A model generated the notes under the pieces. That model saw only the letters and a list, made by a program, of their open reading frames with translations. It made no database searches and was not told the origin of the DNA. A DNA stretch of 64,000 bases from Octopus sinensis (lineage: Eukaryota). The stretch covers positions 52,576,001 through 52,640,000 of the forward strand of contig NC_043005.1 in NCBI RefSeq assembly GCF_006345805.1. The letters are read 5' to 3'. Each line of letters starts with the position of its first letter. Position 1 is the first letter of the stretch. Position numbers and translations under genes: made by a program. Below are positions 37,333 to 51,585 of the stretch, piece by piece.

Positions 37333-37949
37333 TTAAGCACTTACAATGTTGCTCCTGACAGCACATAAGGACTTAAATGGCTGAAAGCAGCAAAATTATG
37401 TACTCTCATACGTGTACGCGCACATACCTACAAAGACGTATGTGTTAGCGTTATTATATGTGCATTGGCGTTAGTGGGTCTGTGTGTTTATGTGTCTGCG
37501 TGTTTGTGTGTGGCACTTGGGCAACCAGTCGTCGTAACGATCAGAGGAAAAGAATATCAGAAAATAATGCAATATCAAATTTATTTTAAAGTGGTACAAC
37601 AGAAAATAGATATTTTGTTTTTGGCACAAGTTTTAATGCTGAATACCTTAGATGAGGTGTCATTTCGAAAATAGATATAAAGATGCAGATGAACAGAAAG
37701 GTAGACAAGCAGACAGACAGACTGACTCACAGACACACATGCACACACACACACACACAGATGGATAGATAGATAGATAGATAAATAAACAGATAACAAG
37801 CCTGAGCCTTGTAATATGACGTATTATCTATCTACCAATTCATCTATCTGCTTGTCTGCCGGTCGTCTGTTTGTCTGACATTGTCTTATATATATATATG
37901 AGCACTTTTTCACTCTTTCTCTCCCTCTCTCAATAGATATAAAATGTAT

Positions 37950-37955
37950 GTACAT

Positions 37956-38034
<79 letters not shown>

Positions 38035-38056
38035 GCTAGCTAGCTAGCTAGCTAGC

Positions 38057-38113
<57 letters not shown>

Positions 38114-38120
38114 GATAGAT

Positions 38121-38195
<75 letters not shown>

Positions 38196-38224
38196 TAGAT
38201 ATGTATATATATATGTATATATGT

Positions 38225-38258
<34 letters not shown>

Positions 38259-38275
38259 GATATATATATATATAT
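37950..38275. repeat. Compound (CA)n/(TA)n/(TAGA)n microsatellite
   Basis: Direct reading. Confidence 0.95.
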
Positions 38276-38343
38276 GTAGGTCCCGGGTTGATTCGGGGTT
38301 AACCACAGTAAATAAGGTACTCAGAGCTCCTTCTATATAATAA

Positions 38344-38381
<38 letters not shown>

Positions 38382-38384
38382 GTA

Positions 38385-38597
38385 TATATATATTCTTTAC
38401 TTGCTTCAGTCATTTGACTGCAGCCATACTAGAGCATCGACCCCGGGACTTTTTCTTTGTAAGTGAGGTACTTATTCTATCGAACTCTGAAACCGAACAG
38501 CTAAGTCATGGGGACCTAAACATACCAATATCGGCTGTCAAGCGATGGTGAAGGGTGGGAACAAACACAGACACAAAGACATGTGTGTATATATATA

Positions 38598-38635
<38 letters not shown>

Positions 38636-38735
38636 GACGGGCTTTTTTCAGTTTTAATCTAGCAAATCCACTCGCTCGGCCCTAGGCTATTCTAGAAAAA
38701 ACTTGCCCAAGGTGTCATGTAGGGACGGAATTTGG
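38385..38735 (-). mobile_element. SINE family B
   Basis: TTCTTTTACTTGCTTCAGTCATTTGACTGCAGCCAT tail and TTGCCCAAGGTGTCA core, both reverse complement. Confidence 0.7.
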
Positions 38736-39271
38736 CACCATGTATTTGAGAAGCAGGATACTTACCACACACACACACACACATACACACATACACATAC
38801 ACACGCACATACACACATCTATATATATGCATACAACGAGGTTTTGTAGATTTTCCATATATCATTTACCTCCTGCAGAAAGGTCGACCACAGTTATTGT
38901 CGGAAAATACTTGCTGAAGGGAGTTAACTCTGAAATATTAACTAAGACTATGGGATTCAGAAGCAAATGAAACTCCCAGATATCAATGCGTCTGTCAACA
39001 ACATGATTTTATATCTTAACCAAACCAACGCTGCCTTTCATGTGTATGTGTTTCTTAAAATATGTTGGACAGGTGTGATGTTAGGGATTCCCAGGGCAGC
39101 CTTATGTGCTTTTCTTTCTCCCATCTATAACATCCAGTACAATGATGAGAGCATTTTTCTCTAATTTTTTGTACAACTTCCTTTAGTCACCACTGTCATT
39201 ACACCAACTGAAAAATACAGAAAATTATAAAGGAATTGCAAACAAGGCATCTGTACTTTTATAATCACGTA

Positions 39272-39781
39272 CCGTAAATCCTCGAGTATAATCCGCATTT
39301 TTTCCCCAAAATTTAAAAGGTCAAAATCCCTAGTGCGTACTATATACGAGGTTAAAAATGAAAAATATTTTCTAAGCAATGTCCGAGTCCCTATTTGCCG
39401 TCCGGCAACGTTTAATAAGGTGCATTTTGTGATATCGGGCGCGAAAATACCTTAAGCTTAGCCTGAAAGCAATGAAGTCATAAAAGAATCATCCATAACT
39501 TATAATAAGCAACATTTATTAAACGTTATGACTGTTATTACTGTTACTTCTTTATTTTCTGCAAACAAAATGCACAAAAAAGCTACACGTTTGCATTATG
39601 TTATATATACAATTATAATAAATGACGCTACCGTATAGATTTTTACAAATCAAGGACGTTTTGACTCAAGTTAGAGAAGGGGTGCGTATTATACACAATA
39701 TTTAGGTTTTTCAGAGGTACAGCTCCCTAAAAATCTCCTGCGTATTATACTCAAAGGCGCACTATACTCGAGGATTTACGT
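39272..39781. mobile_element. pogo/Tigger-like MITE
   Basis: TA-CCGTAAATCCTCGAGTATAA...TATACTCGAGGATTTACGT-TA TIRs; subterminal repeats GCGTATTATAC. Confidence 0.8.
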
Positions 39782-41119
39782 TATATAACGAGTAAATTTT
39801 TTAACTGACAAAATTAGAAATATTAATAAAACCTAGGAACATACTGATTTACTGGTTATTGTTTACCAATATTTCTCCTAATTTTCTTTTTCTCAAAGCA
39901 GTTCATGTTTGCTTACGTTCCCCAGAAATGTTCATTTCAACGGTCTGTAGCTTTCGCAACATGCATAAAATTATTTTTGACTCTTCTTTGATATGAAAAT
40001 ATTAGTTTCCAACACATGGCTTCAGATAAAAAAAAAACCTTTTCAAAACAAATTTAAAATCGAAAAAAGGGTATAAAAACATTGAAAATGTAAAACATTA
40101 CGTTCATGTGACAGAATATAGCACCACAAGAACCTCTCGCCAAATAATGCACCGATATGTCTGTGCCCGGAAGTGATGCCAGCTGTTCTCGTTAATACTA
40201 TGTTGTCGTACTTTTAATTCGATTAACACAATTTGTGTAAATTATTTGTGACGTCCGATTGTAGCGCAGGTTTAGGCTACAGCGCCAGTGTTTCTTCATA
40301 TGTACGGAGGTGATATGATCACTAATTACCATATATCGAACTAAACACAGCAAAATGTCAAACTCTGAGATACTATGAGAGATCATTATTCAAATAAATG
40401 AAAGAAAAATGCTATGACTTCTTTATGAATGCCGCGCTTTTGAAGCTTTCGCTGGCATATCCAAGTTAAGATATACAGTATGCTATCTAAACCGCCCCTA
40501 CTGCCGCTAATGCCTTTTTATCCAATCTGCCAGCTTTTTGCGACATCAGTGATTAATTAATCACCATTGTTCTATATCAATAGAAGCAATTTTTTTCTAA
40601 GCATGCAGTTGATAGGGAATACTTGCTACTGAGGACATGCAAAAGTGCAGAAATCCGGATTTAGCAAGTTCTGCTTCTGGTATACTTTGTGCATTTTAGC
40701 ACTGTGCATTTATTCGAGATACTTTCTCATGGCGAAAACTGCAGTGCTGAGGCTTTCTACACTACATCTACGTCAACAGAACATATAGAATGCTATTCTC
40801 TTCTAATACTACAACCGTCGATAACAAAGAATTATTACTATCTAAGCCGCCAGCTTTTTACGACACCAGTCATTTATTAATCATTGGTTTTCTTATATCG
40901 GTAGAAACGAAATTTACTTAAGCATGCGGTTGATTGGATATAGATGCTACTGATGGTGGACAGAAACACAGAAACCATGATTTCGCTGCTGGGTGATTTT
41001 CGTCTGCTGCTAATAAGTGTTTGTGTTTTGTTACCCAATACGTCTATACGAGTTACTTATCCGCGACGAATTCTAGAGTTTTGTGGCTTTCTATAATATA
41101 TCTCCTCTCCCCACTACCC

Positions 41120-41845
41120 GCCACTCCGTCGATTACGACGACGTGGGTTGCAGTTGATCCAAGGAACGGAATAGTCTGCTCATCAAATTAATGTGTAAGT
41201 GACTGAGCACCCTTTAAGGTAGTTCTTAGGAAGACGCAGCGTGGCAGAAAATGTGACAAGGCTGGTCCTTTGATATACGAGTGCTACTCTTATTTCTTAT
41301 TTCTATATTGCCCACAAGGAGCTAAACATAGAGGGGACAAACAAGGACAGACAAACGGATTAAGTCGATTACATTGACCCCAGTGCGTAACTGGTACTTA
41401 ATTTATCGACCCCGAAAGAATGGAAGGCAAAGTCGACCTCGGTGGAATTTGAACTCAGAATGTAACGGCAAACAAAATACCTATTTCTTTACTACCCACA
41501 AGGGGCTAAACACAGAGAGGACAAACGGATTAAGTCGATTACATCGACCCCAGTGCGTAACTGGTACTTAATATATCGACCCCGAAAGGATGAAAGGCAA
41601 AGTCGACCTCGACGGAATTTGAACTCAGAACGTAGCGGTAGACGAAATACCTCTAAGCATTTCGCCTGGCGTGCTAACGTTTCTGCCAGCTCGCCACCTT
41701 AAATGCGTGCTACTCATTTCTGCCACCTGAGTGGACTGGAGCAACGTAAAATAAAGTGTGTTGCTCAAGGAAACAAGGCGTCGCCGGGAACTGAACTCAC
41801 GATCTTACAACGGTAAACCGATCACCCTAACCATTTAGCCACGCG
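41120..41845 (-). mobile_element. SINE family D (tRNA head + CORE-like + family C-type tail), interrupted by a family A insertion
   Basis: Head GGCGCGTGGCTAAATGGTTAGGG at 41845; uninterrupted relative at 61360-61687. Confidence 0.75.
41290..41700 (-). mobile_element. SINE family A dimer (two X tails) nested in family D
   Basis: Flanking direct repeat GTGCTACTC at 41281-41289 and 41707-41715. Confidence 0.85.
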
Positions 41846-42530
41846 CCAACCACATTAACTAAAAACTACTGAATCCCATTCTGAAATAACTTATTCTGAA
41901 CTGCCCACTAAAAAAAGCAAATATGAAAACAGCTGGCTAAAAATACTCAATGATTTATTAGTGTCGAGAACTGACAACTTTGATGAAAGAATTTTACAGA
42001 AAAAATGGCGGACATTTTAGTATTTTTGTATCCTGTATTCTCTTTTCTCGATTTCCCTCCTTTCCTCTCTCCCTCTTTACTTCATCATTTCTTCAAGGAG
42101 AAAAAAGTATTTTAGCAATTTAAATTACTGATTTTCTATCTGGATTAATAGTCATTAGTCATAGTAAAATTTATGTAGTTACCATTTAGAATGTGATTTG
42201 CCAATATATTTCATTCTTTACTCTTTGTTTTCTACTGCCCAAGACCAGCTCCAGCTCCTTCCTCCCTGTTTCTAAAGCCACACGCTATCTTTAAGATATC
42301 TAGCAAGACATTACTATCCCTTAAAAGGTGAAAAGATGAATGGCATTCTTTTACCTCATATGTTTCTTTGTCCTGTGTCTAGGTCACTGTTTTCGCTAAC
42401 GATTTTTGTTAGGTTCGGTGCTGTATGTGACTGTATAATAATATGCCTGCGTGCGTGCGTGTATGCGTGCATGCATGCGTGTGTGTGTGTGTGTGTGTGT
42501 GTCTGTGTGTGAGTACGTGTTTGCGAATGC

Positions 42531-42604
<74 letters not shown>

Positions 42605-44079
42605 GAGTACGTTTGAACGTGAGTGCGTGACAAGACAGTAGAGTGATAGTGAAAGGGAAAGTAAACAGCGTGTGTGTGAGAGAGAGTGGGAGCGAGAGAG
42701 AGAGAATAAAGTCAAGGACGAAGGATGAGAGGGAAGGGGAAGAACCATACAGAAAATGGGGGAGAGAGGAAAAAAGACAAACAAAAATGTGAGAGAACGA
42801 GAGAAAGAGCGAGAAAGAGAGAAAGCAATATATTTTGTTCATCATTCAAAAAAACCTTAATATTTTTGCACCTAAAAGTGCTTAATGTTACAGGACCTGG
42901 AGCTGTTGTGGATACTGGCATCAAGTGCTGCCCTTACTGCTGCTGCTGCTGCTACTAATACTTATGATGATGGCGGTGATAGTAGTGGTGGGCATAGTGG
43001 TGTTTTGGGTCCTGATGTTGAGGTGATGAAGATACAAAGAGCAATAATATTATTAATAATTGTTACGATAACCATTAATCTTGTAGTGGAAGACATACGG
43101 GGACAGTGTTTTTAAACAGCATCACAGACGCTCGCTCTCCACAGTCTGCAAGAGTGGCGGATGCCATTTCTCTTCGTATTATTTTGTATCATTTTTGTAT
43201 TGTCACAAGAATATAAGACGGGATTTTACTTAGTTTTTATATGATTGATGAAGGTTCGAAATAAAATGGAATTTAATAAAGTGAAAAAAAATAGTGAAAT
43301 AATATACAGAACCCAGAGACTAATATAATATATATAAATAAATCAAAATTATATGTACATGTAATATATGTGTGTGTGTGTATTAATTATACTTGAGGGC
43401 AGACGAAGTACCAGCGTTATGCTTACTGGCCACTTATACCGTTGTTATTATTTATTATCAGTACCTAAAAATATCTTTATATATATGTATACATATATGT
43501 ATGTGTGTGTGTGTTGTGTTGTGTTGGCGTCTGTTTACATTACACGCATATATATCTATATGTGTGTGTGTGTGTGTGCGTGTGTGTGTGTATGTATATT
43601 CACGCACATCCACAAGCACGCACACAAATACATACCTACACTTTTATACACATACTGTACCGTTCAACAGTAAACGACCATAATACAACGGAGATCTAAT
43701 ACCGTCACCACGACCACCAGCTCTAGCATCAACACCAACAGCAACAACAAAAACAGCAACGAAACGAAACTGTTTATTATTAAAATGAAATACATATGAA
43801 AATCTCAATTAAAATGTGTTATGTAGTACAGGTAACATTTTCCTAAAAAAGACATACTTAAATCCCAAATTCTTCATTATTAGATCCTTAATTCTTCATC
43901 AGTTATCAATCAATTGGTTTCGCACCATTAATGATATATATATATATATATATATTCATACACATATACGTATATATATCTATGCATGCATATACATATC
44001 TATCTATCAATCTCTATATATATGAATATATATATATTCATGTATTTATGTATGTATATATATGTATTATGTATATATA

Positions 44080-44500
44080 CGGCGTCCCTGTGTGGTAACT
44101 TGCTTCCCAACCACCTGGATCTTGGCTTAGACCCATTCCGTTTTATTCTGGTGAAGTGCCTTCTACCTCAGAGTCGTGATAACCAAAGTCTTGTGAGTGA
44201 ATTCGGTACGCAGAAACTGAAAAGAAACTATGCGTGTATATGTGTGCGTGTGTGCATGTGTGTGTGCGTGCGTGTGTGTGTCTATATCTGTTTGTGTTTG
44301 TGAATGTATGAGCGTGCGATTGAGTTTGCTCTCGCCAATACTTGACCACCGACGCTGGTCTGTGTACATCGACCTAAACACAAGTTAGACAAAAAGAAAC
44401 CAATAGTACAAGTACCAGGTTAAAAAACTAAGTATCGGTTTGATTCGGCTAAAGCCGTCATGGTGGTGCCCCAACATAGCCGCAGTTCATTGATTGAAAT
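44080..44500 (+). mobile_element. Degraded SINE family B
   Basis: CCCTGTGTGGTAACTTGCTTCCCAACCAC head; GAAACTGAAAAGAA; tail CCCCAACATAGCCGCAGTTCATTGATTGAAA. Confidence 0.6.
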
Positions 44501-44513
44501 AAAGACAAATGTG

Positions 44514-44609
<96 letters not shown>

Positions 44610-45513
44610 CTGACCCGCTTTCATTATAAATTGTAGTGAATCTTACAAAAATTCACTTACTCAACCATGGTTGTTTGGAAACCAGTCGACTTCTATTTCT
44701 GCTTTACCTGTTTCTATTTTGATTTTGTCTGTTTATATGCTTAAGGTCTACCTAAGGATAGCATATTTTTTTATCACTATGTAATCTAAGAATGTATCAA
44801 CAAAATAATACCGAAACAGCTGTTGGGAATTGTAAGCACTACTTTTATTCTTCGTTATTCGTACGCTATACTTTGAACCACTTCTCTTTGATCTACCTTT
44901 TTATATTTGATCTAAAATATTTTTGAACTAAAATATTTTAATATTTGATCTACCTGTCTATATCTTTATATTAGGTACCTATGTATGTGCATGAGAAAAC
45001 AGGGGATTAAAAATCCTGGTAGATATCAATAAAGAAATCAGTATTAAAAGAATTTGGCTAAATGTTCAAGTAAGATACCAACAAATGTGAGCAGAGCAGA
45101 TATACCAGGTAAATCCCCATACATGACAGGTAAATCCCAATATCCTTTTTCAGAACTTCGAGAAATTTAAATAGTTTTCATATCGTTGTATCAACGTGTA
45201 TTTTCGAGAATATTGATATTAAGTATAATGATATTTTATATGTGTGTGTGTGTGCGTGTGCGTATGCATGTATGTAGGTATGTATATGTACATGAATGTA
45301 CATATATATATATATATATATATAAACACAAAGGGACAAGAACACAAAACATCTGGACAACTAGGTGATACAAAAAGGGAGGGCGAAACATCCAGATAGA
45401 CGATACAAAGAAAACAAGGACGGGTCATTCGAAGTTTTCTATCTTCAGTCAAGAACCATATTATCCCCGCAATTTCGGCTGATTTATATATATATATATA
45501 TACAAAGAGAGAG

Positions 45514-45545
<32 letters not shown>

Positions 45546-45915
45546 AATAAAGTCTATTTGACAGCGTAAAGGGGCAGTCCTGATTAGAACGGTGTTACTA
45601 CCACTTTACGTTGACAAATAGACTTTACTCTGTAGTACTGTTGCTACCTATTTCTCGCTGTTTTTCCCCTTATACACACACACACTCTCAAAACACACAC
45701 ACATGCGCACGCACACGCACACACATACACACACACACACACATACACATTATACACATGATTATACATGTGTGTGTCTGTGTAGGCGTGGGGGTGTTAT
45801 TGTGTGCGAGCGCGTGTGTGTGCGTGTGTGTGTGTATGTGTGCTATCGAGAGAGATTTAGGTTGAATGAATGTTTTGAAGTATGCATTGTATGCGTGTGT
45901 ATACATACATACATA

Positions 45916-45986
<71 letters not shown>

Positions 45987-46054
45987 ATATACACACACAT
46001 ACATATATACATATACATGTGTATATAAATATATATGTATATACACACACACAC

Positions 46055-46890
46055 ACCGGATGCGGTGAATTCATTGTGGTCTAAATTACACAAAAATGAA
46101 AATAACAGATATCTCATTTTAAAAGATATATTTTACCAAAATCACAGAAAAAATATCTAGAAATGCTAAAGAGTAAAATTATTCAGTAAAATCACAATTG
46201 TCTTCAACCACGGCTTCCAGACGACTTCGAAATCTTCCTAAACACTTCTGGACGTTCTCCTTCTTTAGGCTGCCCTAATCCTTGCCATCTTTGGTCTTAT
46301 TGGGAATTTTGTTGATCTCTCGCTTAACTGTATCCCTACGCATAATAATCAAGGATATTGCAGTCTGGGGAGTTAGATGGCCTGATGTTTGGGTGACGAG
46401 TCACAGAAATTGTCTGACAGCCATGACTGGGTTCTTCTGCTTGCTTGGCATAGTGTAGAATAGTTTTGCCAGACAGGTCTTCCAGCAGCCACCCTCTTGA
46501 CCCCGGGCAGCACTACTTTCTCCAGGCACTTCATGTAGGCCCTTATGTTGAGTCGGAGCCGTGTGGGATGATGAATGGAGGTATAACGTCGCCATCACTA
46601 GTTATCACTCCAAACACCATGACATTGATATTTGATTTTTATCACTCTCGGTACATGCATTGTCCTCAGATTGAAACCCGAAAAGTCTGAAATGTTTATA
46701 TTGAAGCTTCCGGCGCGAAAGTCTAGTAGTACAGCATATCGTTTCGAAATTGTGTCACGGTGCTCTTTTCCTCGCAGACGGTGCCCAACTAACTCTACTA
46801 TTCTGTGTAGTCGACAAAAGGAAAAACAAAAAATGCGCACGTACGACATTAAAGATATAAAATGGCGACAATTTTCCCGTCGCACCCTGT
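46055..46890 (-). mobile_element. Internally deleted maT (DD37D-type) Tc1/mariner element
   Basis: TIR TACAGGGTGCGACGGGAAAATTGTCGCC at 46890; KRYAVLLDFRAGS; VMVFGVITSDGDVIPPF; RRTQSWLSDNFCD; NSPDCNILDYY (terminal D; 37 spacing only after restoring two 1-bp deletions). Confidence 0.8.
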
Positions 46891-48202
46891 ATACACACAT
46901 ACACACACACACACATACACAGATATATGTGTACGGGACAAATATGGAATGCGTACGTTCATGATACACACGGGTACATAACACGTGCATTTGTGTGCGA
47001 GATGTATGCATATGAATGTACATACTGTATACGTAGGGTTGTAAAAAGAACAAGGGTGTATATATATATATGTATGAAAATATATAATGTTTATCACTTC
47101 ATGAATGAATTATACTTGTTCCTCAGTGCACAAGTTTATACATGATTTATAAAATGTATATGAATAATGATCCTCGTAGATATAAATGTGCGCGCATGTA
47201 CGAACGATCGTATGTGGGTGCTTCTGTGTGCGTGTGTATATATGTGTGTGTGCGTGTGTGTATACATGCGTTTATAATGTATATGCATATGTTGTGTATA
47301 AATATATATATAATGTAGGTATATGTCTAAATATATATAATGTATATATATATATATATGCATGTATATATATATATGTATATATATACATATACATACA
47401 TATATACACTTACACTTACATGTGTATATACATACATGCATATATATATACATATATATATGTATATATGTTAGATATGAGTGATGCTTATGCTACGTTA
47501 TTGCGTTATTGCCTCAATTCGTCATTATTAACAAAATGGTTGCCATTTTTAAGCTTGACTGTGTGTCTCTCTCTCTCTTTCTCCCCCTCTCACTCTCTCT
47601 CTCTCTCTCTCTCTCTCTAGATCTCACTCTAATATTCCCTGTCACTTTGTGTCGTTCATAAGACTCTCCCTCCCTGTCTTAATGTATATTGTTGAATCTT
47701 GTTTCTCTTTGCTTTTCTTTTTAAAAAACATATTTCAGATTCCTTTCATAGAAATATATTACGGGAGGCCGAGAAAAAGGAAGGAAATGCCTATAATTTT
47801 GTCTCGGGCAGTTTTCTTTGATTGTATCCCCATCCGCGATAAATTTCTCAGAAAAAAAAATACCAATTTTTTTAAAGCTTAGAATATCATTCATCTATTC
47901 GTCAGCCATCGTTATCGCTGTCATCGTCGTTGTCATCATCATCACCATCATCATCATCGTCATCGAACTAGCAACTATGCTTTCTTTATCATTATATTCA
48001 TCCTCATCATCATCATCATCACAATCATCATCATCATCATAATGTTATTCATCCTTGACACTCTTTATCATCATCATTTGTCGCCATGATCCTACCTCAC
48101 TTACTCCTACTCCTTCCACTTTTCCTCCACATCATGATTGTCATCGCCATCTATCACCGTCGTTGTTGTCGTTGTCGTCGTCGTCGGCATCATCATCATC
48201 AT

Positions 48203-48236
<34 letters not shown>

Positions 48237-48629
48237 GGCATCTTTATCGTCATCGACGCAAGGAATCAGTCATAACATCAGAGCTTATTGCTTTTCATTT
48301 GCTAACGATACATTTATTTATTGACATTTCATTGATTACTATATCGATACATAATAAGTTAATCATTCGTCACATCAATACCCACAACCATTCAATTTCC
48401 ATCATATACCATGACACATAATTTTACCTTGCAGGCAAATAACACGCTGACAGTCCTCGACTAGAACGTAAAAAGTCATATATTCATGTAATACGCACAA
48501 GTATACGTAAGTAAATGGTGTATACATACATGCATACATATATCGATATAGAAAACAAGGCAATTTTATTCCTCATAGGTAGAAATATAGTAAAAAATAG
48601 AAGTTGAAAATGCACTGATAATAGTTAAA

Positions 48630-49915
48630 AATTATTTTTATTATTATATTTAAAGATTTAACCGGTTTCACACATTACACTGATTTTCAAAAAGTTAAAT
48701 TGAAAGAAGTGCCTTCTGTTGCAGCTGTTTTGCTTCTGACTAGTGTTTGAAGCTTGGCCTATCTTGATAGGGAGTTCATGGCCCAAATCAGTATTTGTCT
48801 TGAATAGGATTTGATTGGTAGGGGATGGTCACATGACTGATCTCAGAAATTTTTGTAGGATCTCTGCTACGTCCATATGACAATATTCGGCGTCGTGAGT
48901 TAAGGGTGACACGTTTGACTGAACATGTCTCGTGACTGTACCAAACAATTAATGCTCTGTAAGTTTTCTGTCAAGTGTTTGTAGAGAATAGACACGTGAT
49001 TAAGTTTGGAAACTTTTGTACGTTTTGTAAGTCCGTGCGTCAGTGTCACATGACTGTATATTTTGCACCTAAAATGAAGGCCGACACGGTTGAGTTACAA
49101 TCAAAGTACTCTAAATTTAATCTGCCGGATGAGGGAATGGACAGGAGTCGTTTTTATGTAGTCCAGTGGCTAAAGTTTGGGTTCTTAGCTGTGTAGGTTC
49201 CTTATGTTAAATAGCAGAATGAGTTTTGTGTGTGAATAGTTATTTGTGCATGTACTCTGTTAAAATTTAAGTCTCGGTTTTTATTTCCGTATGAAAGTAT
49301 TTTCTTTGTTTATCCGTGTTTCATCTGTGATATTCACTGAACATAGATAGAGTGGGAACACCTGAAATTTGGGGGACTTATTTTTTGCACATATGACTAT
49401 GTGTCCGCTCAGCGAAATTTATCTAGTACTGGGGTCTCGTATTTGTTGTTAGTGAATGGTCAGTCTATTTCTTAGGGTAACCTTTGTTTGACCTATGTAA
49501 TCTTCATTACATCCTTGATATTTGAGAGCGAATATTAAATTCCTTGAAGAACATGTAAAATGATTTTTTACGGTAAAAATCTGTCCTGATTTGAATTTGG
49601 ATGTTGTGCCTTCAATAAGGTTGGTGCAAGTCCCGCAGTTGGGGCAGCCGCACTTTGTGACTGTTGGTGTGGAAATTGTGTAAAGGAATTTAGCGCAAGT
49701 AGGGAATTTTTGAGGGATTTAGATTGTCTTTTACTTTTGATTATTTTGTGTATTTCAAATGTTTGTTTCATTTTGAGGTCTTGTCTTAGTGGTGTGATAT
49801 TGGGTAGAAAATATTGTAAACCTCTGTGGTTCTTGGGTTGTGTTTGTAATAAAGGTTAGAGTATTGGATGTATCTGGAGCGTTTTTAGTTTTACTTAGTT
49901 CTTGGATATTTATTA
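48630..49915 (-). mobile_element. Penelope-like element 3' remnant: Zn-finger + GIY-YIG endonuclease and ~600-bp 3' UTR/pLTR
   Basis: TVTKCGCPNCGTC...FTCSSRNLIFALKYQGCNEDYIGQTKVTLRNRLTIH...KENTFIRK; upstream FITxHNP-like and KRQSKSLKNSL motifs. Confidence 0.85.
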
Positions 49916-50079
49916 CTTTGGCACGTTGTCTATTAGTATTAATGGATATTGTCTTTTAAGTAGTATTTGTTTTGCGAGTTTCAGGACTTGAGAAATACAC
50001 ACACATATACACACACACACACATACACACAGATAGTCAGACAGACAGATACACGCACACACACACACAAAGCATACTA

Positions 50080-50355
50080 GATAGAGGTATACGAAAAACC
50101 CCACAGAAACCTAAATCTAAAGATGAATTGTTTCGATTGTTGCGTGAAAAGTGGGCAGAAATTCTATAAACGACAATCACAAAGCTCATCCTTTCAATGC
50201 CAAAAAGAGTTTCTGAATTAAAAACTGCAAAGGGAATTTCGGCTAAATACTAAAGTATGTAATCCTACCTATCGATTACATTTCAGTTGTTCGCTTTGCG
50301 TATTATGATAAGTAAAAGATTTTGAAAATTAAAGGTGTCTATTAACTTCCTGCAT
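50080..50355 (+). mobile_element. Tc1-like transposase C-terminal fragment
   Basis: PKSKDELFRLLREKWAEI...KLILSMPKRVSELKTAKGISAKY*. Confidence 0.7.
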
Positions 50356-50416
50356 GTCTGTGTATATATATATATATATATGTGTGTGTGTATGCACACA
50401 TAGTATATATATATAT

Positions 50417-50447
<31 letters not shown>

Positions 50448-50479
50448 ATGCACACATAGTATATATATATATTCTTTTC

Positions 50480-50690
50480 TTCTTTTATTCCTTTACTTGT
50501 TTCAGTCATTTGACTGTGGCCATGCTGGAGCGCCGCCTTGAATGGTTTAAGTCAAACTTTTTAAAGCTTTAATTAAAGATTTAATCTATTGGTGTCTTTT
50601 GCCGAACCGCTAAGTCAGGAGGACGTAACACTCCAACACCGGTTGTCAAGCGGTGATGGGGGAACATACATAAACACACACACATATTGA
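50480..50690 (-). mobile_element. SINE family B 3' half
   Basis: CTTTTACTTGTTTCAGTCATTTGACTGTGGCCATGCTGGAGC; TTTTGCCGAACCGCTAAGT. Confidence 0.75.
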
Positions 50691-50749
50691 GGCAGATGGA
50701 ATCAAACACCACGACATGAAGGAAAAGACAAAAAAGAGAGTAGCTGCGG

Positions 50750-51335
50750 CGCGTGAGAAAAATACGAATAGTCAAGAAGGAAGGCGAAAAGATAGATAGA
50801 TACAATCCTCTTAAGTACGAAATGGCCCAGTTATAGAAAATGAAGGTGAAGATAGTGCCAATTACTTTTGGGTCCTTCGGAACAGTATCAGAAAGCATCA
50901 AGAGGAATATAAAGGAAATTGGAATAGAATTTCCAGTAGAGCTGTTACAAAATGTTTTCCTCCATGGCACAGCCAAAATAATCAGGAAAGTATTGTGTAG
51001 TTGAAAAGAATAGATAGCATGGTACCGTAGGCTGCAGGTTGTAAGCCTGCTACGCATGCAAGGCTCCAGGAGCTCCAACAAAACCTGTGATATAGAGAAA
51101 AATAATAATAAATATGTCTGCAAAGGAATTTGAAAACTTTCGAAGTATAAAGACCATGAGATCCAGGTATCGAGCAAGTGGCAATTAAAACCAAAACCAT
51201 CCAAGTTGTTGTAGGTGCCCTGGGAATGATCAAGACAAGTACTGACAAATTATTTGACTAGATCTCTGGGAACCCAACATTCTATGAGACTTTAAAAATT
51301 GTGTTGACATCAACCACCCACATTCTCAGGAAGTT
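50750..51335 (+). pseudogene. Two adjacent R4/Dong-like REL 3'-end fragments from different subfamilies
   Basis: KEGEKIDRYNPLKYEM...VPITFGSFGTV...GTAKIIRKVL; then KYKDHEIQVSSKWQLKTKTIQVVVGALGMI...THILRKFLSI. Confidence 0.75.
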
Positions 51336-51439
51336 TCTCTCCATCTCATATATACGCGCTCTATGTCTCTGGTTGAGACCCGATCGGAAGATGAAGTAAA
51401 ATGCAACTCAATTGTAAAATGACAACAATAATGATAAAA

Positions 51440-51585
51440 GATACTTCTATTATATGTAACCTCGGCGGAAATTGAAGTCAGACACCTAAACAGGGATAAA
51501 ATGCTGCTAAGCATTTTGCCTGGCGTGCAAACGGTCTTGCCATCCGAAAGGATGAAAGGCAAAGTTGAACTTGACGGGATTTGAG
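51440..51585 (-). mobile_element. Rearranged SINE family A fragment
   Basis: CTAAGCATTTTGCCTGGCGTGC and CCGAAAGGATGAAAGGCAAAGTTGAAC occur in permuted order. Confidence 0.55.

Noticed and set aside
45420-45485. Minus-strand CTGAAGA...GAA motif as a hammerhead
   Set aside because: No convincing stem II, GAAT instead of GAAA, and no stem I partner.
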